From contig JAFGFJ010000010.1 of the NCBI GenBank assembly GCA_016931155.1, positions 564-64,563 of the forward strand: DNA of 64,000 nucleotides, written 5' to 3'. Origin of the DNA: Candidatus Dojkabacteria bacterium. GTDB lineage: Bacteria > Patescibacteriota > Dojkabacteria > B142 > JAFGFJ01. The notes below the pieces were generated by a model that saw only the letters and a list, made by a program, of their open reading frames with translations, did not search any database and was not told the DNA's origin. Positions within the stretch are counted from its first letter, which is position 1. Each line of letters opens with the position of its first letter. Positions 1-11,731 of the stretch are shown in pieces. The position numbers and the translations under genes are program-made.

Positions 1-44
1 GACGCCTATTAAGCGCCGAGGAACTTCGCTACCTTAGGACCGTT
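1..44 (-). rRNA. rrl: 23S rRNA, exon downstream of the L1917 intron (continues beyond window start)
   Basis: Reverse complement reads AACGGTCCTAAGGTAGCGAAGTTCCT, matching E. coli 23S 1918-1943 (3' half of H69, H70), then a covarying H71. Confidence 0.95.
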
Positions 45-732
45 CAATTGTGTTACCTTCGTATTGAAGGGATAGACATTTCTGCCTATCTCTGTATGTC
101 GCCATACAGTTCGGACTATATCATTCCCGATTAATTATTACTAAGTCTCGCAGTGCTCGACAAGTAAAACTAATTCAGGATTTGGCGTGTAGTCTCTGAG
201 GATTTTCCTAATGTTTCAAGAACTGGATAAAGAATAACAATTCTTCTAAATACACTAAAAGCTTCTTTCTTCTTCGTTCTTAATCGGAATTTACTAAAGA
301 ATGGAATGACGCTTTCGTTTAAATCACGAAGGTTTGTAACCTCGTAATAGAAAACACCATCAAGCCTTTTCCTTATAGCTCCACAATTAAGAACTGATCT
401 TATCCACAATAATATACTCTCTTCTTTCTGAGTAATTATAAAGCTTGCAGTAATTTTGACGCCGTGAAGGTAATCATGTCTCATTTTAAATGAGATATTA
501 AAACTACCCTCTCCATCAGAAAAACCTGCAATATAGCTACCAGTTTCTTGAGAGATACTATCTATCTTGTTCAATAGGAATCTTTCCTGCTGATTGTCCG
601 CACTTTAACATTTTCACTTGAATTGAAACAATGTATTCCAATACAAGTAGTTAAAGATTCTCGGAGTTTCCAGCATTTAGCCAAATTTTACAACTACCTT
701 GGTCCTTCCGCTTTCGCAGAATTCTTTAGTTG
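45..732 (-). mobile_element. Group I intron in 23S rRNA at E. coli position 1917 (H69), 688 nt
   Basis: Interrupts GTAACTAT^AACGGTCC. Exon ends in U and intron ends in G (omega-G at 45). Core motifs on minus strand: P AATGCTGGAAACTC, Q AATCAGCAGG, R TCAGAGACTA, S GATATAGTCC. Confidence 0.95.
170..574 (-). CDS. Single-motif LAGLIDADG homing endonuclease (intron-encoded, possibly internally deleted)
   Basis: YIAGFSDGEGSF motif, ITQK, EVTNLRDL..IPFF, and a terminal SSETTR overlapping the intron R element; TTG start. Confidence 0.9.
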   Translation of the reverse strand: MNKIDSISQETGSYIAGFSDGEGSFNISFKMRHDYLHGVKITASFIITQKEESILLWIRSVLNCGAIRKRLDGVFYYEVTNLRDLNESVIPFFSKFRLRTKKKEAFSVFRRIVILYPVLETLGKSSETTRQILN

Positions 733-2905
733 ATAGTTACAGCCGCCATTGACTAGGACTTAAGTCACCAGCTTTGCCCGAAGGCTAACCAGCTTCTGTG
801 ATCTTCTAGCATTGGGCAGGCGTCAGCACCTATACATCAGCTTACGCTTTGGCAGGTGCCTGTGTTTTTGGTAAACAGTCGATTGAATCTCTTCTTTGCC
901 CCCTAATCCCGACAAGTCGGAACCAGGGCCCCCTTCTTCCAAAGTTACGGGGTGAGTTTGCCGAATTCCTTAACAAGGGATGACTCGATCACCTTGGTAT
1001 ACTCTACCAATCTACCTGTGTCGGTTTGCGGTACGGTCATCAATAGTTCTCCTATAGAGGATTTTCTGGTAAAAAGAATAGATGGAATAACCTCTGCTTG
1101 CGCTTTGGCTTTTCATCACAACTCGTTTGTATCCCGACAAGTCGGGAAGCACCTGAGCGGATTTGCCTACTCAAGCTAACTTATTGCTTGAACTCTGACC
1201 TATCAAAGCTCCAACATCTCCTTCTCAGTCCCCCCTTAAGTAAAACGAACTATTAACGGTTGCCGAATATTAACGGCATGTCCATCACCTACGCTTTTCA
1301 GCCTCGGCTAAGGACCGACTAACCCTTGGACGATTAACGTAGCCAAGGAAACCTCAGATTTTCGGTGTCCCGATTTTTCATCGGGATTGCGCTACTCATG
1401 TCTGCATTCTTACTTCTATCCACTCCATCCTGACTTACATCAGAACTTCACTGTAGATAGAAAACTCCTCTACCCCTTACTAAAGGATTGCTCCAATAGT
1501 AAAGCCACAGTTTCGGTAGTATGCTTGAGCCCCGTTACATTATCAGTGCAAAATCTCTTGACCAGTGAGCTGTTACGCACTCTTTAAAGGATGGCTGCCT
1601 CTGAGCAAACCTCCTGGCTGTCAGTGAGACTTCACTTCTTTTGCCACTTAGCATACATTAGGGACCTTAACAGATGGTGCGGGCTGTTTCCCATTCGACT
1701 AACGGAACTTAGCTCCCATAGTCTAACTCCCGAGATAAAACTCATGGCATTCGGAGTTTGAAAGAATGCAGTATCCCTTACGGAACCTGCGATCCAATCA
1801 GTGCTCTACCTCCATGAGGAAACTCTCGAGGCCAACCCAAAAGTTGTTTCGAGGAGAACCAGCTATTACCGTGTTCGTTTGGCGTGTCACCGCTAACCAC
1901 AGATCATCCGATACTTTTGCAGCAGTAAACGGTTCGGTCCTCCTCCCGACTTTCGTCGGGATTCAACCTGTCCATGGTTAGATCACACGGTTTCGGGTCT
2001 TTTGCCAAATATCTTTGACGCCCTTTCAGACTCGCTTTCGCTGCGGCTACACTGCAGAACAGCTTAACCGACAATTGACAAAAACTCGCAGACTCATTCT
2101 TCAATAGGCACGCCGTCATCCCGATATATATGTTCTCGCCAAATTCTAATGAGGCGTTAGAACATATATATCGGGACTCCGACTGCTTGTAGGTATATGG
2201 TTTCAGGTACTATTTCACTCCGCTAACAGCGGTTCTTTTCACCTTTCCCTCTCGGTACTTGTTCACTATCGGTCACAGAAAGTATTTAGCCTTACCGGGT
2301 GGTTCCGGCAGATTCCTACGGAATTTCTCCTAGACCGTAGTACTCAGGTGTGCAACTAACGAGAGTTACTCTTTTCGTGTACAGGACTATTACCTCCTTT
2401 GGTCGTGCTTTCCAACACTATTCCACTAAAAGTAACTTTTGTAACTCGTTTCTGCAATTCACAGTTTGCAATCGTTACATCCTACAACACCACACTGTAA
2501 CCATCCCTGTGAGGACGGGTCGGTAACCTCTTCCGCAAAGCAGATTTGGTATCTCCCCCTACCTGTGTGGTTTGGGCTGTTCCCTTTTCGCTCGCCACTA
2601 CTTAGGGAATTTTATCCAGACATCTCCCCTAAAACTCACAAGTGAGTAATTAGAGGATAAATCTGGAATTCTTCGTCTTCTTTTCGTCCGGTTACTGAGA
2701 TGTTTCACTTCGCCGGCTTCCTTCCTATATGGCTATGTATTCACCATATGGTTACTGGACTTAACTCCAGCAGGGTTTCCCCATTCGGAAATCTACGAGT
2801 AATAATGCTTGTTTGCCAGCTCCTCGTAGCTTATCGCAGGCTACAACGTCCTTCATCAGCTTTCTGTGCCAAGGCATCCACCATATACCCTTTCGCGCTT
2901 TCGAA
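733..2905 (-). rRNA. rrl: 23S rRNA, 5' exon
   Basis: Many universal 23S segments (GGTGGATGCCTTGGC near the 5' end, AGTACCGAGAGGGAAAGG, TAGCTGGTTCTCCTCGAAA, CCGTAACTTTGGAAGAAGG, ACTGTTTACCAAAAACACAG). 5' end approximate. Confidence 0.97.
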
Positions 2906-3145
2906 TCTATACATCGTACATTTGTACTTACGTACAGAACAAAAATAAACCCAAGGTCAAAAATAAATTTTTGACCTTATCTTTCTATTCAGTTATCAAA
3001 GAACATTTAATCTGTAAAAGATCAAGCTCTGAAAATTAAATACATATGCAGTAATAATTTCCAGAACAAATCTTTTATAGGAACTGATCCCGACAAGTCG
3101 GGATCCTACATCTTGTCTCTACTTACTACGTTCGCAGACAAGATG

Positions 3146-3219
3146 TGGAGCTGGCGAGAGTCGAACTCGCGGTCTCTTCATTGCAAATGAAGCGCATTAA
3201 CCAGCTGTGCTACAGCCCC
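3146..3219 (-). tRNA. tRNA-Ala(UGC)
   Basis: GGGGCTG...CTTCA TT TGC AA TGAAG...GTTCGACTC...CAGCTCCA. G3:U70 pair present; CCA not encoded. Confidence 0.95.
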
Positions 3220-3246
3220 GATAAATAAAGTCCGTCCATCTAATAG

Positions 3247-3320
3247 TGGGCGATCTTAGAATCGAACTAAGGACCTCTGTCTTATCAGGACAGCGCTCTA
3301 ACCGTCTGAGCTAATCGCCC
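3247..3320 (-). tRNA. tRNA-Ile(GAU)
   Basis: GGGCGAT TAGCTCAG...CTGTC CT GAT AA GACAG...GTTCGATTC...ATCGCCCA, in the 16S-23S spacer. Confidence 0.95.
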
Positions 3321-3455
3321 CAAGCTTGAGAGCCCCTCGCTAAATTTTAAAGAGCAACTCTTTGAACAACCTAAAAAGTGATAGGGAGCCTAATAAATTC
3401 CCATTTACCCAAAACGTCCCCCGAATCTCAAAAGAGTTCAGGAGGGATGCTCCTT

Positions 3456-4987
<1,532 letters not shown>

Positions 4988-5190
4988 ATCAAACTTCGGA
5001 CAAGCCGAAATTCGAAGACCTTACCACACCTGGCAAGGATTTAAGAGAGTCTAAATTTACTATAAAAGTAAGCTCAGACTAAAAAATCATTATCCGATAG
5101 TTGAGAACTATCTTATTTTAATAGTCATAAAGACTATTTTAAAGGAATTTACTTAGGTTACGTTTCGACTCAGCCGAAGCTTTGTCGATA

Positions 5191-5220
5191 ACCCTATCAC
5201 TTTTTAGATTGTCAAAGAGC
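5191..5220 (-). promoter_or_regulatory. rRNA leader boxA-like element / 16S processing stalk, complementary to 3358-3387
   Basis: Minus-strand GCTCTTTGACAATCTAAAAAGTGATAGGGT pairs with the spacer segment at 3358-3387; a similar GTTCTTTGATAACT precedes the 23S. Confidence 0.7.
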
Positions 5221-5277
5221 TTATAGGTAAGTCTTGCAGGCTTATTTATAAACTCTCTAAGACAGTAATACTTTATA

Positions 5278-5305
5278 AGTATAATCAGATCTGACTTGTG
5301 GACAA
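5278..5305 (-). promoter_or_regulatory. Probable sigma70 rRNA promoter
   Basis: TTGTCC-16 nt-TATACT about 290 nt upstream of the 16S. Confidence 0.55.
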
Positions 5306-5328
5306 AAAAAGAGACCCCAAGGTCTCCT
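5304..5328 (-). terminator. Intrinsic terminator upstream of the rRNA promoter
   Basis: GAGACC-ttgg-GGTCTC followed by T7 on the minus strand. Confidence 0.6.
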
Positions 5329-5449
5329 TTCCCGATATGTCGGGATGGTAAGTACCTAGGCAACTACTCTAAATTTAACTGTGCAATTCGCTTCATAAGC
5401 AAGGAGATTCTACCAAAAAATGAATGAACAAGTCAAAAGAAAATTTAAT

Positions 5450-5863
5450 TTATTGTTCAGGAGAATGGCCTCCTTCATAATACGACTTAATTGGTTCATC
5501 AGTTCTTTCGGTAGAATAAACAGATTTCCTGAAACCATTATTTGTAAGGCAATGTATTTCAAAACCCATCGACCAATATCTACCCGATGCATCAGTTCCA
5601 ACTCTAGACTCGAATACGCACATGCCAAATTCACCATCTTTAGGATAATAAAATAATCTCGAACCTGAACTAACCAATGAACTTTCAGATCTATATCTTT
5701 CTGTAGCTGAAACTGAATTTTCAAATGGATTTACAACTGCCCTTAATTCTACATTGCCATATATACCCTTCCCACCAACAACAAGCTCAGATTCTCTCGT
5801 TTTCTCGCTTATTTCCTTTCTAGGGTTAAGGGAGACCACAATAATTAGTCCCACCAGACCCAA
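5450..5863 (-). CDS. Hypothetical protein with N-terminal membrane anchor
   Basis: 137-aa ORF with a hydrophobic N-terminus, flanked by promoter and terminator signals; start codon uncertain. Confidence 0.55.
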   Translation of the reverse strand: MGLVGLIIVVSLNPRKEISEKTRESELVVGGKGIYGNVELRAVVNPFENSVSATERYRSESSLVSSGSRLFYYPKDGEFGMCVFESRVGTDASGRYWSMGFEIHCLTNNGFRKSVYSTERTDEPIKSYYEGGHSPEQ

Positions 5864-5932
5864 TAATGATTGTAGTGTTACTCTCTTCTTCGTTATATTA
5901 TATATATATCATTTGACAACGTTTTTGTCAAC

Positions 5933-5958
5933 AAAAAAGGGGACGTTTCCGTCCCCTT
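5933..5958 (-). terminator. Intrinsic terminator of the DUF4870-like gene
   Basis: AAGGGGACG-gaaa-CGTCCCCTT then a T-run on the minus strand. Confidence 0.75.
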
Positions 5959-5979
5959 CCAAATTCAGATTAACCGCCT

Positions 5980-6321
5980 TTACTTAACCATCTTTCCGAT
6001 AACTGGAACCACCCACTTCTCCCCCTGGTTCGCCTTTACTGCACCCATTATTCTTACAACAATATCAAGAATTGCCCACACCCCAATCAAACACCAGAAA
6101 AGAAATCCGATAAGTATGAATGAAAGAATGAACGCCAATACATTTCCTCCTACATATACAATCACTGAAGCAATTCCCCAGTAAAGGGACTGCTTTGCAT
6201 GATGCTTTAAAAATTCATCTGCATCATTCATCCAGATTAAACTGGTAATCGGAGCAAAGATCCAAGCAAGAATCGCATTTGTCTTATTGTTCGAACTTGG
6301 ATTCACAGCTGTAGTCGCCAT
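5980..6321 (-). CDS. DUF4870-like small membrane protein
   Basis: Three TM segments, FLKHHAKQSL motif, and C-terminal GAVKANQGEKWVVPVIG. Confidence 0.8.
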   Translation of the reverse strand: MATTAVNPSSNNKTNAILAWIFAPITSLIWMNDADEFLKHHAKQSLYWGIASVIVYVGGNVLAFILSFILIGFLFWCLIGVWAILDIVVRIMGAVKANQGEKWVVPVIGKMVK

Positions 6322-6598
6322 AATTAAACAAATAATAAATTAAAAATAAGTAATTTCAACCGGATGAGCAAAGTATATTACTAATACCCAAAGACGTCAA
6401 CAAAAAAACAGAATACAACAACATGACATTTTACTTTGGGTTAACACAAAAAAAGTACCACCAATTTCAGTATCATCTAAGAATCAGAAAAGACTCAAAA
6501 AACAAGAATGTATATTTTGAGCGTTCACAAAATCAGAGTGACCAGCCAAACCACAAGACTTTACAAAGAAAAAATTCAGGAACAGCATGAAAAAGAAT

Positions 6599-8386
6599 TT
6601 ATTTTTTTTGAAGTTGAAAAAGCTTTTTCAACTCTTCTGCAGTTGTCGCCTGTCTGACCTCTTTATCCCTGCCAAACACCTTCATTCTCGGAAATCTCAA
6701 AGAAAGTCCTCTCCCCTCTTTGTCCATAGCCGCCATGTGATTTTTACTTTTTGTGATCTCATCAGCATCGACCTCCACCACAACTTTAGGCTCGACCCAC
6801 TCGTCAGGTTCAAGAAATTTTACTACCTTCACATTTTTGGGTTTTGCACTGATTTTTATCTTTTCCAGAACAGGTCTAATCTTTAAGAAATCCTCATCTT
6901 TTATTCCTGTTCCGAGTTTCGCCACGCTTTCAAATTCATCTGTTTTACGATTATAAATCCCAAGAAGCAGGGCTCCAAATCCAAACTTTGCTCTTGTCCC
7001 TCGACCAAAATAATAACCAAGAACAACAGTATCAATTGTGTCTGCAATGTGAGATTTAGTAGTAAATTTCAATTTTATCCAATCAAAATTTCTTGTCCCC
7101 GGCTCGTAAATTGTTCCATGCTTTTTCGAAATAATCCCTTCGAGACCAAGATCAATATATTTAGCAAACCTTTCTGCAAGCTCTTTCTCGGTTTTTACAA
7201 CCGGGCTGTCGGAAAAGTTCAGCTTTCCCGTTTTATCCTGCTTTAATATTTTTTCAAGCAAAGAAAGTCTTTTTTCTATTTTTTCCAACGTCATGTCTTT
7301 TCCATTCAAATAAAGAAGATCGAATGCCATTACCTTGATTGGAATTTCTTCTACCTTCTCTTTTACTCCGTATTTTCTTCTTCTTGTGCTTGTCTCCTGA
7401 AACGGGAAAAACGTATCAGTATTTTCATCATATCCGATCACTTCTGAGTCAATTACTAAAGAATCAACATTTATTGCGGCAACTGCATCTGCAACATCTG
7501 GAAACATATCAGTAAGACTTTCCATGTTTCGACTGAAAATTCTGACTGTTTGTTTTTCGATTTGTCCGTCAAAAAACCCGTTCTGTTCTTTTGCCTTCAA
7601 ACTTATTTCAAAACCTTTCCTTAAAAAATGGATCTGCGCTCTCATCCCATCATATTTCGGCTGGATTATATGTTCACCAAGCCTTTCAAAGATACTTTTC
7701 ACATTTTTTTCTCTCTCTACCAGTTTTGATGCTACAGGAAGCCCAACCTCAACATTGAAATCTTTTACCGATCCAACTCCTTTTTTTAGAATCTCCTCAG
7801 TAATTAAGCCGATATCGCTTCGTACACTATAAGCTCTCTCAATCAACTCTCTTTGAGACTTGTCTCCGGCGACTGCCCACGAAATCGCATCAAGAACAGT
7901 CTTGTCACTAAGACCGAGCCTGAGATTTCCGACAAGAATTCTTGCTGCGAACTTTGCCTCCGTCTTATCAAGTTTTGAGAAAAGCTCCGCCACCCTCTTG
8001 ATCTTTTCTTCTACACTTCCTTTCCCTCCCAAAAGAGCAACTTCATTTAGAAGAACGTGAACTTCTTTTACAGAAAGATTTTTGGTTTTTGTTTTAATTA
8101 TTTGCTCAGCGACAAGACCCAGATCTCCAGTCTTTTCAAACAGGTCAGAAACTATTTTCTCGTCTCCTGCAAAACCCTTAAGCACCTTCTGCATAAGCTT
8201 TCCAGCAAAATTAAACTCAATCGGGATAAATCGTGGAACAACACGTCCCTGCATTAAATACATTGCTTCCTTGATTTCGTCCTTTCCAAGAGACTTCAAA
8301 AGGTCTGCGAGAATTATAGTCATCTCGTTTCTTGAGGAGATCAATTCCAGCTTAGAAAAATAAATTGATAATTCTAAAAACTTCAT
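6599..8386 (-). CDS. lig: ATP-dependent DNA ligase (archaeal/eukaryote-type, with N-terminal DNA-binding domain)
   Basis: Motif I KYDGMR, IDSEV, AFDLLY, EGIISK, WIKLK and SLRFPR. Confidence 0.93.
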   Translation of the reverse strand: MKFLELSIYFSKLELISSRNEMTIILADLLKSLGKDEIKEAMYLMQGRVVPRFIPIEFNFAGKLMQKVLKGFAGDEKIVSDLFEKTGDLGLVAEQIIKTKTKNLSVKEVHVLLNEVALLGGKGSVEEKIKRVAELFSKLDKTEAKFAARILVGNLRLGLSDKTVLDAISWAVAGDKSQRELIERAYSVRSDIGLITEEILKKGVGSVKDFNVEVGLPVASKLVEREKNVKSIFERLGEHIIQPKYDGMRAQIHFLRKGFEISLKAKEQNGFFDGQIEKQTVRIFSRNMESLTDMFPDVADAVAAINVDSLVIDSEVIGYDENTDTFFPFQETSTRRRKYGVKEKVEEIPIKVMAFDLLYLNGKDMTLEKIEKRLSLLEKILKQDKTGKLNFSDSPVVKTEKELAERFAKYIDLGLEGIISKKHGTIYEPGTRNFDWIKLKFTTKSHIADTIDTVVLGYYFGRGTRAKFGFGALLLGIYNRKTDEFESVAKLGTGIKDEDFLKIRPVLEKIKISAKPKNVKVVKFLEPDEWVEPKVVVEVDADEITKSKNHMAAMDKEGRGLSLRFPRMKVFGRDKEVRQATTAEELKKLFQLQKK

Positions 8387-8605
8387 AAAAAGATTATACG
8401 AGAAAGGTAAATTTTTAAGTAGATACAGAAGTAAGTTACTATTCGCTAAATTATCAGCGATATTCCAGAAATCTGATTTATTCTGCTTTCTCCTTTACAT
8501 TATTAAAAAAAATAACAAGCCGATTTTTTTGTCAAATAAAATATTAAACGATGGGATGCACTTTTCAAAGAAACAAAAAGTTGAACCGACAGATTTCTCT
8601 CAAAA

Positions 8606-9184
8606 TTATTGCAGTTTTTTGCCTAAAGCTTGGATTTTTTCCAAACACTTCTTTCGTCCTTCTCTATTTAAATGTTTCATTGATTCAATACAGGTAATTT
8701 TTATCGGTCTCACCCCACAGAACTCAAGAATTGATCTCTTTAATTGATTGATACTTGGTTGCCCAAAAGCAAAGAGATAAAAGAATCTTGGCTGATCGAG
8801 CGTTGTAATTATTCGTGCTGTTTTACCTTTTAAGAGTCCATCCCACCAAATGGAATTTTTTCTAAACTTATAGGTAAAACCTGGCAAAAAAAGCCTGTCT
8901 ATAAAACCTTTCATAATTGCAGGGAATCCTCCCCACCAGACAGGATGCACCCAAACTAAATGATCCGCCCATTTAATTTTCTCCCATGCAGTCAAAAGAT
9001 CCGGCTCCAATTTCGTTCTTTTTTGATAACCGAAATGCAGATTTGGATTAAATTTCAACTTTGCGATAACGATTTCCTTTATTTCCGCCTTAGCCTGTTT
9101 TGCTCCTTCTCTATAGGCTTTTGCAACTCCAAAATTGAAACTACTCTTGTTGGGATGCCCATTAATTATTAATACTTTTTTCAT
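8606..9184 (-). CDS. NAD(P)H dehydrogenase (quinone), flavodoxin-like fold (KefF/MdaB family)
   Basis: VLIINGHP, WADHLVWVHPVWWGGFPAIMKGFIDR, LKGKTA. Confidence 0.9.
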   Translation of the reverse strand: MKKVLIINGHPNKSSFNFGVAKAYREGAKQAKAEIKEIVIAKLKFNPNLHFGYQKRTKLEPDLLTAWEKIKWADHLVWVHPVWWGGFPAIMKGFIDRLFLPGFTYKFRKNSIWWDGLLKGKTARIITTLDQPRFFYLFAFGQPSINQLKRSILEFCGVRPIKITCIESMKHLNREGRKKCLEKIQALGKKLQ

Positions 9185-9386
9185 AGTTGCTGTCTAAATT
9201 ATTATCCTTTTTTTGAGGTTTTACTGACATTAAAGATATTAGCTTTTCCCTTGACAGTATTAAAGTATTAGCAATTTCGATTCCCAGCAAAAACCTGCAA
9301 TTCAAATTATACTATTTCTAGAATCACTAATTTTCATTCAGGAATATGCAATCAGTAGAATTCAAAAAATAATTGGGACAAAATGA

Positions 9387-10412
9387 TCAAATCAACTCAT
9401 ATCTTGAAGCTTTTGTCTTTCCTTTTTTCTTCACCAGTTTCTTAAGAGTTAAGTCCTTCAATTCTCTCAGGATTGTATCATCGCTGACTTTCGGGAACAA
9501 TGTCTTGAAATCCTGGTTTTGAATTTGATTATTGTCTTCAATAAATTTAACGATCTTTATCTGTCTGTCATTGAGAGCAACCTGCCCCACCGTCCTTCTC
9601 ACTTTTACATCCCTGCTAATATCAAGGATTTTATTCTTTACTCTACCCAACTCCACCGCAAGCCCCCTTGAAAAATACTCCAGCCATCCAGTCAACTCAC
9701 CCTCATCTGCACTCGCAAGTGCCTCATAGTAACCTTTTGGATCCTGATCATAATATTCCTCTAGACTGAAAAACTGCTTTATATCATATCCTTCCTGATA
9801 AAGGCTCCATGTAGAAAGAAGTCTGGCCGTCCTGCCATTTCCTTCGATAAAAGGATGGATATTTGTAAAAACATGCTGAAGGACCCCTGCACGAAGGATC
9901 GGATGAACTTTCTTCCCTTCTGAGTTATACCAGAGAATCACATCATCTATCTCGGCCTGAACTTCCTCCTTTCCTGGAGGTTCCATTACTACATCCTGAG
10001 TTTTTGAGCTCATTATTACTACATCCTTTTCTCTGATCCTGCCTGCCTCACTGTCCAAAATATCGTGAAGAAGAATTTTGTTAATTTCCAGCATAAACTT
10101 ACTATCAAGTTCTTTTTCTTTTTTCCCCGATATGAACTCTACCGCTTTTCTGTAATTCAAAATTTCTTTGATATCACGCTTTCTTACAGATTCTATCCTT
10201 CTACCCTCAAGAAGATTTTTAGCTTCAGTGAAATTCAGAGCATTTCCTTCTATTGCTGTTGAATGGTGAACCTGGCGGATGACTGCATCTTCCTTGAAAC
10301 GCCTCTCCCACGCAGGAACCAGAGGTGCATTTTCAATTATCTGTTTGCTGGCCTCTATTTCAGCAATATTTTGAAGAATTGTGTTTGTAATCTGGAAATC
10401 CGGTCTATACAT
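9387..10412 (-). CDS. Fic family protein (class II) with C-terminal winged HTH
   Basis: Catalytic HPFIEGNGRTAR, inhibitory STAIEGN, and C-terminal LNDRQ..DDTILRELKDL..KGKTKASRY. Confidence 0.92.
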   Translation of the reverse strand: MYRPDFQITNTILQNIAEIEASKQIIENAPLVPAWERRFKEDAVIRQVHHSTAIEGNALNFTEAKNLLEGRRIESVRKRDIKEILNYRKAVEFISGKKEKELDSKFMLEINKILLHDILDSEAGRIREKDVVIMSSKTQDVVMEPPGKEEVQAEIDDVILWYNSEGKKVHPILRAGVLQHVFTNIHPFIEGNGRTARLLSTWSLYQEGYDIKQFFSLEEYYDQDPKGYYEALASADEGELTGWLEYFSRGLAVELGRVKNKILDISRDVKVRRTVGQVALNDRQIKIVKFIEDNNQIQNQDFKTLFPKVSDDTILRELKDLTLKKLVKKKGKTKASRYELI

Positions 10413-10551
10413 AAGACCATTCTAACATTCTTGAGAGACAGGAGAAACAACCAGACATTTCCTCTAAACAGCTACAAGCACATATCACTGTACTTGAGAG
10501 AAAGATCGATTCTTCCGGTACTGACTTTCAATGTCTTAATTGACGCTTCGA

Positions 10552-11235
10552 TTACTCCCTGTTTCTCCGGTTTTGAGATGAATGATCCACTATGATATCG
10601 TATGCCTTGTTTAGTGCGCTTTTTACTATATCTTTTTTTATTACTTGATATCCTCCAACTTCTTCTACGTTTTCTCCCCTTCTACCCTCAAACGTCACTA
10701 TTTGGAAATCGCCAGTCATTGCAAGTGAGGAATTGGTAATAATCCTGCCCATCATACCAAGCTTCTGATCAAAAGCTAGTGCTATACTGCAACCACAAGC
10801 ATTTTTATTTATTCCTTTTCCTGATGTTCCTTGGCTTGCTTCCTGAATACCAATATCGTTGAAGCATAAATCTGGAGAATTCTGTGTTGAGGAAACAAAG
10901 TAGAACAAATAGTCAGGATCCTCATGAATCTCGTCAAATACCTGAGAATATTCACCTGCTATTGAAAATATTTTTCTCAAAAATGAGACAGCATAATTTT
11001 GATCTTTCAGCTTTTTGTTCCTAAGATTATCGGAAAATCCTGCTGGTGTTCTTACATAAATAACATTCCCTCTGAAATAATACTCCGTTCCATATTCATC
11101 GCAATAATCACAAGATTCATCCTCGAGAGAAAGAATATCATCTCTAGTTGGAATCTCTTTGTGTTTTGAATCCTCTAAAAGCTCACTGAAAAAGTCCCTC
11201 AGGGAAAAATTTGGCACTTCGCCTGGAATATCCAT
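10552..11235 (-). CDS. Hypothetical protein (probable start MDIPG at 11235)
   Basis: Long open frame, no recognisable family. Confidence 0.6.
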   Translation of the reverse strand: MDIPGEVPNFSLRDFFSELLEDSKHKEIPTRDDILSLEDESCDYCDEYGTEYYFRGNVIYVRTPAGFSDNLRNKKLKDQNYAVSFLRKIFSIAGEYSQVFDEIHEDPDYLFYFVSSTQNSPDLCFNDIGIQEASQGTSGKGINKNACGCSIALAFDQKLGMMGRIITNSSLAMTGDFQIVTFEGRRGENVEEVGGYQVIKKDIVKSALNKAYDIIVDHSSQNRRNRE

Positions 11236-11359
11236 TTTGTATAAAAATAAATAAGTAAATATGATATAGAACACTTTTATACCCCATACAGAATAATAAA
11301 TCAATTTTTCCCTGTCTGCAGTATTTTTCTTTGCAAAAAGGATAAAAAAGGAGAGATAT

Positions 11360-11731
11360 CTAGTGAAGCTTTTTTACTTTTTTTGCAGGTACAAGTGTAT
11401 AGTAACTACCTTTTGTTTTACCGTGTTGTTTGATGATATTCATTTGTTCCAATTCGTGAAGATCTCTTCTCAATGTACGCCTGGTCACTCCTTTTACTGC
11501 CCTTTCCAGCTCGCCGTTCGTTAGTTTATCCTTCCCGGCAAACATATTTATAATCTTCTTCTGCCTTTCATTCAATCCCAAAAGAGCTCTTCTCAAGGCT
11601 CTGCCTGTAGTATCTCCAGCTTTTTCAAATTTTTTCCAGATAGCAGTACCAACGCCAGCCACAGCAAGAGTAGCCGCAAATACCAGGAATGCTGTCTTGA
11701 ATGATTTTTTTCGAAACTTAATATCAGTCAC
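11360..11731 (-). CDS. Membrane-anchored DeoR-type winged-HTH protein
   Basis: N-terminal TM helix followed by LNERQ...VTRRTLRRDLHEL...GKTKGSYY. Confidence 0.75.
   Translation of the reverse strand: MTDIKFRKKSFKTAFLVFAATLAVAGVGTAIWKKFEKAGDTTGRALRRALLGLNERQKKIINMFAGKDKLTNGELERAVKGVTRRTLRRDLHELEQMNIIKQHGKTKGSYYTLVPAKKVKKLH

Noticed and set aside
1-20. Possible second intron, because sequence after 23S position 1943 departs from E. coli
   Set aside because: GGCGCU-UAAUA-GGCGUC folds as a covarying H71 of normal length.
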